NCBI GenBank assembly: GCA_036012755.1
Contig: DASCPX010000070.1
Span: 1 to 64,000, forward strand
Origin: Myxococcota bacterium
GTDB lineage: Bacteria; Myxococcota_A; UBA796; CAJQPC01
Length of the DNA: 64,000 nucleotides
Direction of reading: 5' to 3'
Within the stretch, counting starts at the first letter, position 1. The number at the start of each line of letters is the position of its first letter. This document shows, piece after piece, positions 1-9,708 of the stretch. Position numbers and translations under genes: made by a program. A model generated the notes under the pieces. That model worked only from the letters and a program-made list of their open reading frames with translations. It ran no database searches and was not told where the DNA came from.

Positions 1-231
1 GGTGACCTCCACGAAGGCCGCACCCTCGGGAAACTCGCGCAGCCAACGGCCCAGCGTCGTCGTCGACATCCCGTGCCTCTTCGAGAACCTCGTCTGGCTC
101 AGGCCCGAGGCGCGAAACGCTCCCACGAGCTTCCGCCGCTGCCGAGCGGGTCGGATGGGGCGGTCGGGGGTGCGTCGGCCGGGGCTTGTGCTCCGGAAGG
201 CAAGTAATGCCCCATCTGGCCGTCGATCCAC
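1..231 (-). mobile_element. Partial HTH protein resembling the IS66-family accessory protein TnpA; runs off the window start
   Basis: Not in the ORF track. Manual translation from GTG at 231 gives ...RQRRKLVGAFRASGLSQTRFSKRHGMSTTTLGRWLREFPEGAAFVEVT, matching the 'F..SGLS...F...HG.S..TL..W......FVEV' pattern of IS66 TnpA. No terminal inverted repeat was identified. Confidence 0.5.
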
Positions 232-439
232 ATCGAACCCAGCGTATGCGGCGAGCGTGACTTCGGTCCCGCCCCGAGCGCGTTGCCCAGCCTGCTTCTA
301 ACGCCCCAGATCGTCGTGCCAGCGTACTCACCGTCCTCGTCCGACCAGCTCAGCGGCCTCCTCATGAAGCGCGAGCCCTCGAGCCAGTTGGGGTCCGCCC
401 GTTCGGAACCGCCGGCCATACTCTCAGTGATCACCGCGG

Positions 440-2341
440 TCAGTCCCTCTCTTCGATGAAGAAGTCCACTCGCCTGTTCTTCGCCTTTCCTCCGTCTGTG
501 TCGTTGTCCGCGACGGGGAAGTCCTCTCCAAAGCCGACCGCGTAGACGCGGCCGGGGGCTACGCCGCGCTGTCGTAGTCCGCGGGCCACGGCGTCGGCGC
601 GCTCCTGGGACAGGCGGAGGTTCATCGCGTCCGGACCGCTGGAGTCTGTGTGTCCTTCCACTCGCAACAGCTTGATCTCCGGGTGGTCGATCATCGTCGC
701 GGCGACCTGGTCCAAGACCGGCTTCGAGGTCTCCAGGATCTCGTCTGTGCCGGAGATGAACTCGATGCGCCTGTCGAGGATGAGCTTGTCCGAGGTGAGG
801 TGGACCAGCTCCGGGTAGAGGGTGACCTCCAGCGTGCGCTGCTCGTCCTCGACCACCTCGAGCTCGGCTCGGAGAGGGAAGATTCCGTGTGCCGAGAAGA
901 TGAGCTCGTGGGCGCCAGGCTCCAGCTCGAGCTGCGGGTTGCCGTCGATGACCACAACCGGACGCAGGTCGCCGTCGATCAGCACGATGAGCTCCCGCTG
1001 GGGCCGGCCGAGATCGTCCAGGGCGTGGACCTCTACGTAGCCTCTGGCCCCGAAGCCTATGAGCTCCGAGTCCAACTCGACCACGCCGCTCTCGGGTATC
1101 TCGACTGTGTCGAACCAGGGGCTGTGGCCCGCTGCCTCGATCTCGAGCTCGAAGGTGCCCGTCGCGAGCACGACCTCGATCTCCGATGTGTTCTCGAAGT
1201 CCTGCGCGCCCACGATACGCACGACGTCGGCGCGCACCGGCCGCCCGCCCCAGTCGACCACCCGGACCAGCAGGGTGGCGTTGCCCTCCGGACAGCCGTC
1301 GCCGTCTTCGTAGCCGTCGATGTCCTCTGCCTCTCGCGGGCAGGCATCGCTCAGGTCAGGCAGGGTGTCGCCGTCGTCGTCGAGATCCGGGCAGCCGTCC
1401 TCGTCCCGGAAGCCGTCAGGGTCCTCTGCGGACTGTGGGCAGGAGTCCAGGTGGTCGGCGATGCCGTCGAGATCTGTGTCCACTCTGGTCTCCACTGGCC
1501 GGTAGGAGAGCCCTGCCACCCCGCGCCAGTCCGGGGCGCCGATCCCGTCGGTGAGTCCTGCGGCGCCGGCGATGCGCAAGGAGATGTCCCGTCCGAGGGC
1601 GATGTTCGTGCCGAGTAGCGCCTCGATCGGCGTGCCCTGGCCGAGGCCGAGGAAGTCGTCGAGCTGGGTCGCGCCGACGAGCTCGGCGCCGAGGTCCACG
1701 CGGTCGTGGACCCTCACGGCGGTGCCGACGCCGAACTGCAGCTGGTCGTCCCAGGTCAGGTCGGGGTGGAGCTCCGCCCTGGGACCGAACTGGAAGCCGA
1801 GCTCCACGGCGGTGAGCACCCGGCCCACCGTGTAGTCCGTCGCGAAGCCCACCTCGCCCCAGGTCCCTGGGGGGGCGAGCAGGCGCTCCGCTTCCCCGAG
1901 GGGGAAGCCGACACCGCCGGTCAGGGCCGCGCCAAAGGCCTCGTCGGAGCCCTCCATCAGGCTCCACCGTCCCTCCAGGCGGGCGTCCCCGAGGCCGAGG
2001 CGCTCGGTCCCGTAGAGGCCCGTCGACGACAGGTGCACCGGGACGTCGAAGCCCACGCGCGCTCGGCCGCGCCAGAAGGAACCACCGAGCACGGTCGTGC
2101 TTGCGGACGTGACCACCTCCGTCTCTTCGCCCGTGACCCGGTCGACCCAGACGTAGGGGTTCGAAGCATGGGTGTAGAGCGCCCGGAGCTGCAAGCCCCG
2201 GCCGGTGAGGGGCTGGGCGTCCTGCACCAGCAGCAGGCGCGAGTCCATCGCCGGGTGGAAGCGGTCGGCGTCGATGGGATGGGCGGAGAACTCGGGCAGG
2301 TCCTCCGCAGCGGCCATCGTCGTGAGCGTCAGCCAGGTCAA
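440..2341 (-). CDS. OmpA-family outer-membrane protein (N-terminal beta-barrel, thrombospondin type-3 repeats, C-terminal OmpA peptidoglycan-binding domain)
   Basis: DTDLDGIADHLDSCP and DEDGCPDLDDDGDTLPD repeats; C-terminal VEGHTDSSG...NLRLSQERADAV...GFGE..P...N....G...NRRVDF. Confidence 0.9.
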   Translation of the reverse strand: MTWLTLTTMAAAEDLPEFSAHPIDADRFHPAMDSRLLLVQDAQPLTGRGLQLRALYTHASNPYVWVDRVTGEETEVVTSASTTVLGGSFWRGRARVGFDVPVHLSSTGLYGTERLGLGDARLEGRWSLMEGSDEAFGAALTGGVGFPLGEAERLLAPPGTWGEVGFATDYTVGRVLTAVELGFQFGPRAELHPDLTWDDQLQFGVGTAVRVHDRVDLGAELVGATQLDDFLGLGQGTPIEALLGTNIALGRDISLRIAGAAGLTDGIGAPDWRGVAGLSYRPVETRVDTDLDGIADHLDSCPQSAEDPDGFRDEDGCPDLDDDGDTLPDLSDACPREAEDIDGYEDGDGCPEGNATLLVRVVDWGGRPVRADVVRIVGAQDFENTSEIEVVLATGTFELEIEAAGHSPWFDTVEIPESGVVELDSELIGFGARGYVEVHALDDLGRPQRELIVLIDGDLRPVVVIDGNPQLELEPGAHELIFSAHGIFPLRAELEVVEDEQRTLEVTLYPELVHLTSDKLILDRRIEFISGTDEILETSKPVLDQVAATMIDHPEIKLLRVEGHTDSSGPDAMNLRLSQERADAVARGLRQRGVAPGRVYAVGFGEDFPVADNDTDGGKAKNRRVDFFIEERD

Positions 2342-3486
2342 CGCAGGCGCTTCGCCAGCTTGCGAGCCGCGATGTCGACATCCCCTGGTGGGGCCGAGGT
2401 GAAGCAGACGCGCACGTGAGTCGGGTAGGAGCCAAAGCTCGGGCCGGGGGCGAGCAGCACGCCGTCCTGGTCGAGGCAGTCCTCCAGGAAGCCGAAGACG
2501 CCGCGCTCATCGAGCACGCGTGAGACGTCGAGGAAGAGGAAGGTGGAGCCCTCGGGGCGGGGGACGCCGAGGACATCGGCCGCTGCGTCGCCGGCGGCGT
2601 GGTAGCGAGCGCGCACGTCCTCGAGCCAGGCCTCGCCGTCCCGAAGCGCCGCGATGCCAGCGAGCTGGCCGCTCGTCGGGGCGGAGTAGAAGGTGTGGGT
2701 CGAGATCTTGCGGCAGGAGGCGATGACGTCGCGCGGGCCGACGACGTACCCGGTGCGGTTGCCTGCCATGCCGTATGCCTTCGAGAAGGAGAAGACCGAC
2801 AAGGTCCGCTTGGGGGCGAAGACGCCGACGCTGGCGTGCTCGCCGCGGAAGATGATGCGGTCGTAGATCTCGTCGGACAGGAGCCACAGGTCCTCGTCGT
2901 GACACAGGGCCGCGAGGGCCTCGAGCCAGTCAGGAGGGATGACCTTGCCCGTGGGGTTGTTCGGGGTCGACACGTAGAGGGCGACGGTCCGCTCCGTGAG
3001 CTTCGCCCGGACGACCTCGACCGCCGAGGCGGCGTCCGTCGCGACGCCGAAGAAGGGGACCTCGACCGGGGTGGCGCGGAAGGTCTCGACGATGCCGCGG
3101 ATCAGGGGCCAGAAGGGCGAGAGGATCAGGATCTCCTCGCCGGGCGCGGCCAGCATTCCGATCGCCGCTGCGAGCCCGCCGGTGGCCCCTGCGGTGGCGA
3201 TCACGTTGTCGCGCTCGCACGACAGGCCGTTTTCGCGGCGCACCTTGTCCACGCAGGCGGAGATCAGCTGGGGCAGGCCCTGCGGCGAGGTGTACCTGTG
3301 CATGCCCGGGAACTGCTCGACGGAGAGGTCCTGCATGCGGCCGCCGACGAAGGGCTCCAGGTAGGTGTCGCCGACGTGCAGCGGGTAGATGGGCCCTTCG
3401 TGAGCGCGGATCTTGTGGGCGATGCGGGAGAAGACCGCTCCGGGCATCTCAGCCACGGTGGGAGCGGGGTTCGGAGGGCGTGGCAT
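2338..3486 (-). CDS. Class I/II PLP-dependent aminotransferase
   Basis: STPNNPTG, SDEIY and SFSKAYGMAGNRTGY (PLP lysine) motifs. Confidence 0.93.
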   Translation of the reverse strand: MPRPPNPAPTVAEMPGAVFSRIAHKIRAHEGPIYPLHVGDTYLEPFVGGRMQDLSVEQFPGMHRYTSPQGLPQLISACVDKVRRENGLSCERDNVIATAGATGGLAAAIGMLAAPGEEILILSPFWPLIRGIVETFRATPVEVPFFGVATDAASAVEVVRAKLTERTVALYVSTPNNPTGKVIPPDWLEALAALCHDEDLWLLSDEIYDRIIFRGEHASVGVFAPKRTLSVFSFSKAYGMAGNRTGYVVGPRDVIASCRKISTHTFYSAPTSGQLAGIAALRDGEAWLEDVRARYHAAGDAAADVLGVPRPEGSTFLFLDVSRVLDERGVFGFLEDCLDQDGVLLAPGPSFGSYPTHVRVCFTSAPPGDVDIAARKLAKRLR

Positions 3487-3520
3487 GGGTGTGGAATCTA
3501 CCTCTGGGATCGGCGCCGGC

Positions 3521-4369
3521 TCAGCCTCGGAGGGAGTCCAGCCAGCTTCGGAGGAGGTTCTCTGCGACGCGACTCCGGTAGGCCGCGGAGGCGCGGAAGT
3601 CCGTCATCGGCGTGATGTCCTCGGCCAACAATGACGCGACCTTGGAGTCGGGCGGACCACCGACGAGCGCCTGCTCGACCCGGCTGCAGCGACGCGCCGT
3701 CGGGCCGAGGCAGCCGAAGACGACCCGTGCTTCCTCGACGACCCCCTCGACGAGCTGAAGACGGCCTGCGAAGAGCACCATCGCGACCCCGTGGATCCGT
3801 TGCCCGCCGACCTTGCGGTAGATCGTCTCGTCCCCCGGCCGCGGATGAGGGATGCGCACCGCCGTGATGAGCTCGTCGCTGCGGATGCGGCCGGTTCGCA
3901 GGCCGCCGAGCATGTCGCCGACCGGGACCGTCCGTGGACCCCGAGTGGTGCTGGCGACCTCGATCTCGGCGTCGAGCACGAGCAGGACCGGGAGGAGGTC
4001 TCCGGTCGGGGAGAGGGTGCCGATGGCACCGCCGAGTGTGGCGCGATTGCGTACCTGGGGAGAGCCGAGGCTCCTGCAGGCCTCGACCAGGATCGGCGCC
4101 CGCCGCTGCACGTCGAGAGCGCGCGCGATGTCGGTGCAGGTCGCCAGCGCTCCGATCCGCATGAAGCGTCGGGTCCGCTCGATGCGCGTCAGCTCCTCTG
4201 CGCGGCTGATGTCGAGCAGCAGCTGGGGCTCGAGCCGGCCGGCGTTGATCGCGACCATCACCTCGGTCCCGCCTGCCAGGACGACGGCGTAGGGGAACTT
4301 CGCGCGTGCCTCCAAGGCGCTCTGGAGGCTGTCGACACAGTGGACCTCAGCAGGGTGGGCCTCAGCCAC
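3521..4369 (-). CDS. Xanthine/CO dehydrogenase family FAD-binding (medium) subunit
   Basis: LAGGTE, QVRNRATLGGAI, SPTGD and DFRASAAYR motifs; coupled to the 2Fe-2S subunit. Confidence 0.9.
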   Translation of the reverse strand: MAEAHPAEVHCVDSLQSALEARAKFPYAVVLAGGTEVMVAINAGRLEPQLLLDISRAEELTRIERTRRFMRIGALATCTDIARALDVQRRAPILVEACRSLGSPQVRNRATLGGAIGTLSPTGDLLPVLLVLDAEIEVASTTRGPRTVPVGDMLGGLRTGRIRSDELITAVRIPHPRPGDETIYRKVGGQRIHGVAMVLFAGRLQLVEGVVEEARVVFGCLGPTARRCSRVEQALVGGPPDSKVASLLAEDITPMTDFRASAAYRSRVAENLLRSWLDSLRG

Positions 4370-4817
4370 CGAGGGCCTCGTGGACCGCAGCGAGGATGCG
4401 GCGGTAGCCGGTGCAACGGCACGCGACTCCGGCCAGCGCGGCCTTCAGACCGTTTCCGTCGATGGGCTCGTCGGTGTGGCGCAGCTCGGCCGCGACCATC
4501 AAGAAGGCGGACACGCAGAAGCCGCACTGGGTCGCCCCGGCTCGAACGAGCGCTGCCTGCACCGCGTCGAGCTTCCTGTCGTCGGCGAGGCCCTCTACGG
4601 TCAGCACCCGCCGACCGACCACCTGGCAGACCGGCACGATGCAGGCGTTGTGGGCCTTGCCGTCGACGAGGACCGTGCGCGCTCCGCAGGAACCGTCCCC
4701 GCAGCCCTCCTTGGCCCCGATCAACCCGAGGTCGTCGCGGAGCACGTCGAGGAGCCGCGTTCCTCCGGGGCGTTCGAGCTCTACGCAGTCCCCATTGACG
4801 TCGAAGCGGAGCCTCAT
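4362..4817 (-). CDS. Xanthine/CO dehydrogenase family (2Fe-2S) small subunit
   Basis: GAKEGCGDGSCGARTV...NAC, QCGFC and CRCTGY motifs. One Cys of the first cluster motif reads Arg (CGAR rather than CGAC). Confidence 0.92.
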   Translation of the reverse strand: MRLRFDVNGDCVELERPGGTRLLDVLRDDLGLIGAKEGCGDGSCGARTVLVDGKAHNACIVPVCQVVGRRVLTVEGLADDRKLDAVQAALVRAGATQCGFCVSAFLMVAAELRHTDEPIDGNGLKAALAGVACRCTGYRRILAAVHEALGG

Positions 4818-6257
4818 GGGATGGCTTGTAGCACGTCTTCTGGAGCCATCGGCAGCGTGTCGAGGACGCCCCCAGTAGCATCCTCGATCGCCTGGGCGAG
4901 GGCCGCCGCGCAGGCGAGCGCGCCGATCTCGCCGAGACCGCGGGTCGGTTCGTCCGCGTCTGCTTTCAACAAGAGAGTGTCCTTGCGTGGGGCCTCCTGG
5001 CTGGAGAAGATGCCGGCGTCCCGAAAGTCCGCGGCGCGGAAGGCGCCCCGCTCGTCGAGGCCGACCCGCTCAGAGAGTGCGCCTCCGAGCGCCATCACGA
5101 CGCCACCCTCGATCTGCCCGCGGGCGAGCTTTCCGTGGACCACCCGGCCCGCGTCCGTCGCCGTGACCACTCGGCGGACGATGACCTCTCCGGTGTCGGC
5201 GTCGACGACCACGTCAACGACCGCGCAGTGCCAGGTCCGGTCCCGGTAGGCATCTCCGGTGCGATGGATCGCGTCCCACTCCAGGGGGTCGATGTCGTCG
5301 AAGCTGGCGCTGACCTGGAGCTTGCGCGAGGTTCGTCGCTGGTGCACCAGGGCCGAGAAGTCCCCATAGAGCTTCAGCTCCTCGGCTACGGCCGCCGCGA
5401 GGGCATCCGCCACCTTCGCGACCACCGGAGCTCCGCGCGAGAGCCCGCGGGATCCCAGGAAGGGCCCGTCCGCCCCGACGCGGTCCGTGTCTCGCGCTCG
5501 GATCTCCAGCTGGTCGGAGGGGAGGCCGAGGCGGTCGCAGAGGACCTGGAGCAGCCCCGTGTCGGTCCCCTGGCCGGACTCGGCGCCGGGGGCGTAGAGG
5601 CGCACCCGGTCACGGCGGAGGACCAGCGCCACGCTGCCGGCGCGCTCGGAGATGTCGTCGCCGGGCCGGCCCGCCCCGAGGACCGCGACGGACATGCCGC
5701 GCCCCGCCATCAAGCGAGCGACGGAGCGACGTCGACCCGGGCGATCCCCGGGCTCGGCCAGGGTCTTCGCGCCGGCCTTGCGTATGGCGGCCTCCATCAC
5801 CTTCACCGCTGGCGAGTCGTCGACGACCTGGCCCGTCAGGGTCCGGTCTCCCTTCTTCAGCAGGTTTGCTCGCCGCGCTGCCATGGGGGCCATCGACATC
5901 ATGCGGGCGATCCTGTCCATGTGGCGCTCGACGGCGAAGTGGAGCACGGCCATCCCGGTAGCTGCTGTCCCACACGTTGTCATGGGGCACGTCCGCGGCG
6001 GTGACCACGACCACCTCGGCCCAGTCGTAGTCGAGATCCAGGGTGATTCCGCGGATCAACGCGTGAGCGTGGGGCGACCGCACCGTCGCGCCGTGGAGAC
6101 AGCCCTCGAGGGCGAGGTCGGCCACATAGAGGGCGTCCCCACGCACCTTGGGCTCGGCGTCGAGCGGCACCAGCGTCTTCAGCTCGCCATCTCCTCGGAG
6201 GTTCCCAGGATATCGCGAGACGTGACCGGAGGCCGGCTCACCGGTCTGTGTGCCCAT
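4814..6257 (-). pseudogene. Molybdopterin-binding large subunit (XdhA/CoxL family), frameshifted with a large internal deletion
   Basis: The N-terminal hammerhead (DAEPKVRGDALYVADL..HGATVRSPHAHA..VVTAADVP) is in the 5610..6257 frame. It switches near 5955 to the 4814..5983 frame (HFAVERHMDRIA...GQGTDT...GQIEGG...RGLGE). Total about 470 aa versus roughly 750 typical. Start uncertain. Confidence 0.75.
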
Positions 6258-8202
6258 GACGTCGCCTGTGATCCAGCCGCCCTCGAGACCCCTGTCGAGC
6301 CTCGCCCAGGACCTGTGGTGGACCTGGAACCCGGACGCCCGAAGGCTCGTCGAGGGTCTCGACCCGGAGCGCTACGAGGAGCTCGGCCACAGCTTGCCCG
6401 CCCTGCTCGCCGAGCGCCCCGACCTCGAAGACCCTGCAGCCGCCGCGCTCGTCGGGGCCATGGAGCGATACCGCGCGGAGGCAGACACCTGGGCCAGCAG
6501 GAACCTCCCCCAGCTCGGCCGTGTCGCCTACTTCTCGATGGAGTTCGGTCTCCACGAGTCGCTGCGCATCTACTCCGGCGGCCTGGGCGTGCTCGCCGGG
6601 GATCACGTGCGCTCGGCCTCCGACCTCGGCCTGGACTTCGTCGCCGTCGGGCTCTTCTACGCCCACGGCTACTTCCGGCAGATCGTCGATCGCGGCGAGC
6701 AGGCCTCTGCGTGGCCGGCGAACATCCCCTGGGGCCTCGAGGAGATGCCGCAGCGGATCGTCGTGCCTGACGGGGAGCGCACATACCAGGCTCGCATCTG
6801 GCGACAGCGGGTCGGCCGCGTGGAGCTCTTCCTCCTGGACGCTGATGTCCCGGGAAACGACGACGATCTGCGCGCGATCACGGGTGCTTTGTACGGCGGC
6901 GACACTCGCATGCGCATCCGGCAGGAGGTGCTCCTCGGCATCGGCGGAGTGCGCGCCCTGCAGGCCCTCGACCGCATGCCCGAGGTCCTTCACCTCAACG
7001 AGGGACACTGCGCCCTGGCGCCGATGGAGTGGATGCGCTCCTGCGGGGACGAGGACTTCGTGCGCTCCCGCACCGTCTTCACCACCCACACCCCCGTCCC
7101 GGCGGGGCACGACCGCTTCGACTGGCATCTCGTCGACGAGGTCCTTGGCCCCTGGCGCCGCTCGGCGGGTTGGGACGAGGGCGCGCTGATGGACCGGGGC
7201 CGGATGGACCCGAGCGACCTGGCGACTCCCCTGAACATGACGAAGCTGGCGATGACCATGAGCCGCGCCTGCAACGGCGTCTCGGCGCTGCATGGCGAGG
7301 TCAGCCGGCGGATGTTCGACGACGACACTATCGGCCACGTCACCAACGGGGTGCACCCGACCTTCTGGATGGCGGACGAGCTCCAGCGGCTCCTCGACGG
7401 AGCGGACCCCGGCTGGCGTGAGGCGCTGGTGGAGGGCGCGATCGACCTGTCCCCTGTCTCGGACGGACAGCTCTGGGCGGCTCGGAAGCCATGTCGTGAC
7501 CGCTTGCGTGCAGCCGTCGCGCGGCGAGCGGGCGTCTGGCTCCCGGAGGAGTCGCTCATCTGCGGCTTCGCTCGACGCTTCGCACCCTACAAGCGGGCGG
7601 ACCTGCTCTTGAGCGACGAGGAGCGACTGAGCGCCCTGCTCGCTCGCGGTCTGCGCATCGTCTATGCCGGAAAGGCCCACCCCCGAGACGAGGAGGGACG
7701 GCGTCTCGTCGCTCGGGTGCTCAAGGCCTCGCGAGACTTCAGGGGGCAGGTCGTCTTCCTCGAGGGCTACGACATCGCGCTGGGGCGCCTGCTCACGCAG
7801 GGGGCCGACCTCTGGCTCAACACTCCCCGACGGCCGCGAGAGGCCAGCGGGACCAGCGGCCAGAAGGTGGTGCTCAACGGCGGACTCAACGCCTCGGTCC
7901 TCGACGGCTGGTGGCCAGAGGGCTTCGACGGAGACAACGGCTGGGCCATCGGCGCGACCCGGGCTGCTGCCAGCGTCGAGGAGCAGGACGCCGCGGACGC
8001 CGAGAGTCTGTATCAGGTCTTGGAGGGTGTGCTCGAGACCTGGACCGACCGACCCCGCTGGCTCGGCATGGTGCGTGCCTCCATGTCCGGCGGCATCCCC
8101 CGTTTCAACACCCACCGCATGGTCGCCCAGTACGCACGGGACGTCTATTCGCCCGTGTCCTCGCAGCCGAGCACTTCAGGGTCCGTGTCGTCACAGTCGT
8201 AG
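6250..8202 (+). CDS. glgP: Alpha-glucan (glycogen/maltodextrin) phosphorylase
   Basis: AYFSMEFGLHESLRIYSGGLGVLAGD, HLNEGH, FTTHTPVPAGHD, FARRFAPYKRA and REASGTSGQK motifs. Confidence 0.95.
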   Translation: MPMTSPVIQPPSRPLSSLAQDLWWTWNPDARRLVEGLDPERYEELGHSLPALLAERPDLEDPAAAALVGAMERYRAEADTWASRNLPQLGRVAYFSMEFGLHESLRIYSGGLGVLAGDHVRSASDLGLDFVAVGLFYAHGYFRQIVDRGEQASAWPANIPWGLEEMPQRIVVPDGERTYQARIWRQRVGRVELFLLDADVPGNDDDLRAITGALYGGDTRMRIRQEVLLGIGGVRALQALDRMPEVLHLNEGHCALAPMEWMRSCGDEDFVRSRTVFTTHTPVPAGHDRFDWHLVDEVLGPWRRSAGWDEGALMDRGRMDPSDLATPLNMTKLAMTMSRACNGVSALHGEVSRRMFDDDTIGHVTNGVHPTFWMADELQRLLDGADPGWREALVEGAIDLSPVSDGQLWAARKPCRDRLRAAVARRAGVWLPEESLICGFARRFAPYKRADLLLSDEERLSALLARGLRIVYAGKAHPRDEEGRRLVARVLKASRDFRGQVVFLEGYDIALGRLLTQGADLWLNTPRRPREASGTSGQKVVLNGGLNASVLDGWWPEGFDGDNGWAIGATRAAASVEEQDAADAESLYQVLEGVLETWTDRPRWLGMVRASMSGGIPRFNTHRMVAQYARDVYSPVSSQPSTSGSVSSQS

Positions 8203-8339
8203 TCGTTGGCCACGAAGCCCGACGCGAGACAGGACCCCGTGCGACCGTTCGGATCGCCGAGGCCGTCCCCGTCCGCGTCGATCCAGCAGGGGTAGTAGAC
8301 GTGGCGCTGGGCGCAGGACACCAACAACAGCAGGAACAT
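8145..8339 (-). CDS. Small lipoprotein with a D-x-D-G-D-G / DCDD putative metal-binding motif
   Basis: MFLLLLVSC lipobox; WIDADGDGLGD...NDYDCDDTDP; ATG coupled (TGATG) to the upstream stop; overlaps the glgP 3' end by 58 bp. Confidence 0.65.
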   Translation of the reverse strand: MFLLLLVSCAQRHVYYPCWIDADGDGLGDPNGRTGSCLASGFVANDYDCDDTDPEVLGCEDTGE

Positions 8340-9694
8340 CACCACTCCAGCAGCCTCCCGGTCGCCTGGATCCCCGCCTGCGCTTCGAAGGACTGGATGA
8401 TCCGGTTGGTGCTTCCGTGGGTGACCATCGTGGCGGCGCCGTCGACGGTCAGGCGCACGAAGGCCCCCAGCGAGATGCGGCCGAGCCCCAGGTCGATGCC
8501 TGCCTCCGCTCCGCCGATCGGGACCCAGATCATGCGAGGGGTGGTCACGTGGTAGTCGCGGAAGCTGGCGCCCCAGAAGCCGCCGAGGTGTGCCGCCACC
8601 GGCTCCTCCGGGGGTCGGTACCAGGCTCCTACGAGCAGGTCGTGAGCCGTGACCGGCCATGGGTTCGCGAGGGTGTCGTGGGTCCGCTGGAGGTGGCTCG
8701 CGTAGCCCATCCCCAGGCGCAGCCCCGCCGGGAGGCCGTAGCCGACGAGGAGCTCGTAGCCGATGGTGTCCTTGTGTTCGGCGCGCCGGCGGTAGACCGG
8801 GCTGCCGCGGAGCCAGATGTTGTTGACCTCCGGGACGGCCCCGAGGTCGAACTCACGGCGCTCGTCGTAGGCGCCGGAGCCAATGACCGCCGCGTCGACA
8901 GAGGGGCCCTCGAGGAACAGCTCGCCGCTTCCGATGCCGACGAGGGGGTGCTCCCCGTCCTCCAGACGCCTGAGCACGCCGCCTTGGAGGTACTCCGCCC
9001 GGGTCGCGTTGCTGACCATCGGCTTGCCGGCCGCCCACCACCAGCGGTCGACCAGCTGCCCTTCCATCGTCCTCGTCTCTGCGCCCATCTGGAGCAGGAA
9101 GCCGGTGCCAGCCGGTGTGCGCGTGCTGCCCTCGCCCTGGCTGTGGACGACGTCGCCGTCGCGGATGTGGCGGATGGAGATGATGCCTTGGGCATAGGTC
9201 CCCGGCACCTGCACGAGGAGGCTGTCCTCCTGGATCCAGGTCGGGAGCTCCGGCGCTGCCACGGCGACCCCGTCGAAGCCGACCAGGGCTCGAGAAATGA
9301 GCTGCTCGACCAGGGCACGCTGCCGCTGGGTGAGATCGTCGTCGTCGAGGTCTGGAGTCACCGCCAGGCGGCCACCTTCGACGAAACGCATCGTGACCTT
9401 GGCGCCGATGACGCCGTCACGGATGTCCACGAGCTCGTCCCCGACGTCCCCCGCGTGTGAACGGGTCGCGCGACCTTGGAAGGCGGCGTCCTCGATGGTG
9501 CAGACCATCTCGAGGTCCTCTGTCCGGCACTCCAGCTCGAGCAGGACGCGGAAGGCATCGGCCGTTCCCTGGCTGGCCGACACGTCTCCCGGCACGGTCA
9601 CCACCCACGGGAGCTCCATGTAGGCATCCGCCAGCCAGCGCGTCTGTTCTGCCGAGGCGTTCGCCACGGTCAGACCGAGCATGTAGACCCACAC
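8339..9694 (-). CDS. Hypothetical exported protein, possible C-terminal beta-barrel
   Basis: Hydrophobic signal ending ANASA; alternating aromatic beta-strands in the C-terminal third; terminal W. Confidence 0.7.
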   Translation of the reverse strand: MWVYMLGLTVANASAEQTRWLADAYMELPWVVTVPGDVSASQGTADAFRVLLELECRTEDLEMVCTIEDAAFQGRATRSHAGDVGDELVDIRDGVIGAKVTMRFVEGGRLAVTPDLDDDDLTQRQRALVEQLISRALVGFDGVAVAAPELPTWIQEDSLLVQVPGTYAQGIISIRHIRDGDVVHSQGEGSTRTPAGTGFLLQMGAETRTMEGQLVDRWWWAAGKPMVSNATRAEYLQGGVLRRLEDGEHPLVGIGSGELFLEGPSVDAAVIGSGAYDERREFDLGAVPEVNNIWLRGSPVYRRRAEHKDTIGYELLVGYGLPAGLRLGMGYASHLQRTHDTLANPWPVTAHDLLVGAWYRPPEEPVAAHLGGFWGASFRDYHVTTPRMIWVPIGGAEAGIDLGLGRISLGAFVRLTVDGAATMVTHGSTNRIIQSFEAQAGIQATGRLLEW

Positions 9695-9708
9695 CCCGTG
9701 AAGCTACC

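Noticed and set aside
440..2341. TraAB kin-recognition locus
   Set aside because: The architecture is TraB-like, but the upstream gene is an aminotransferase rather than traA, and such OmpA proteins are common.
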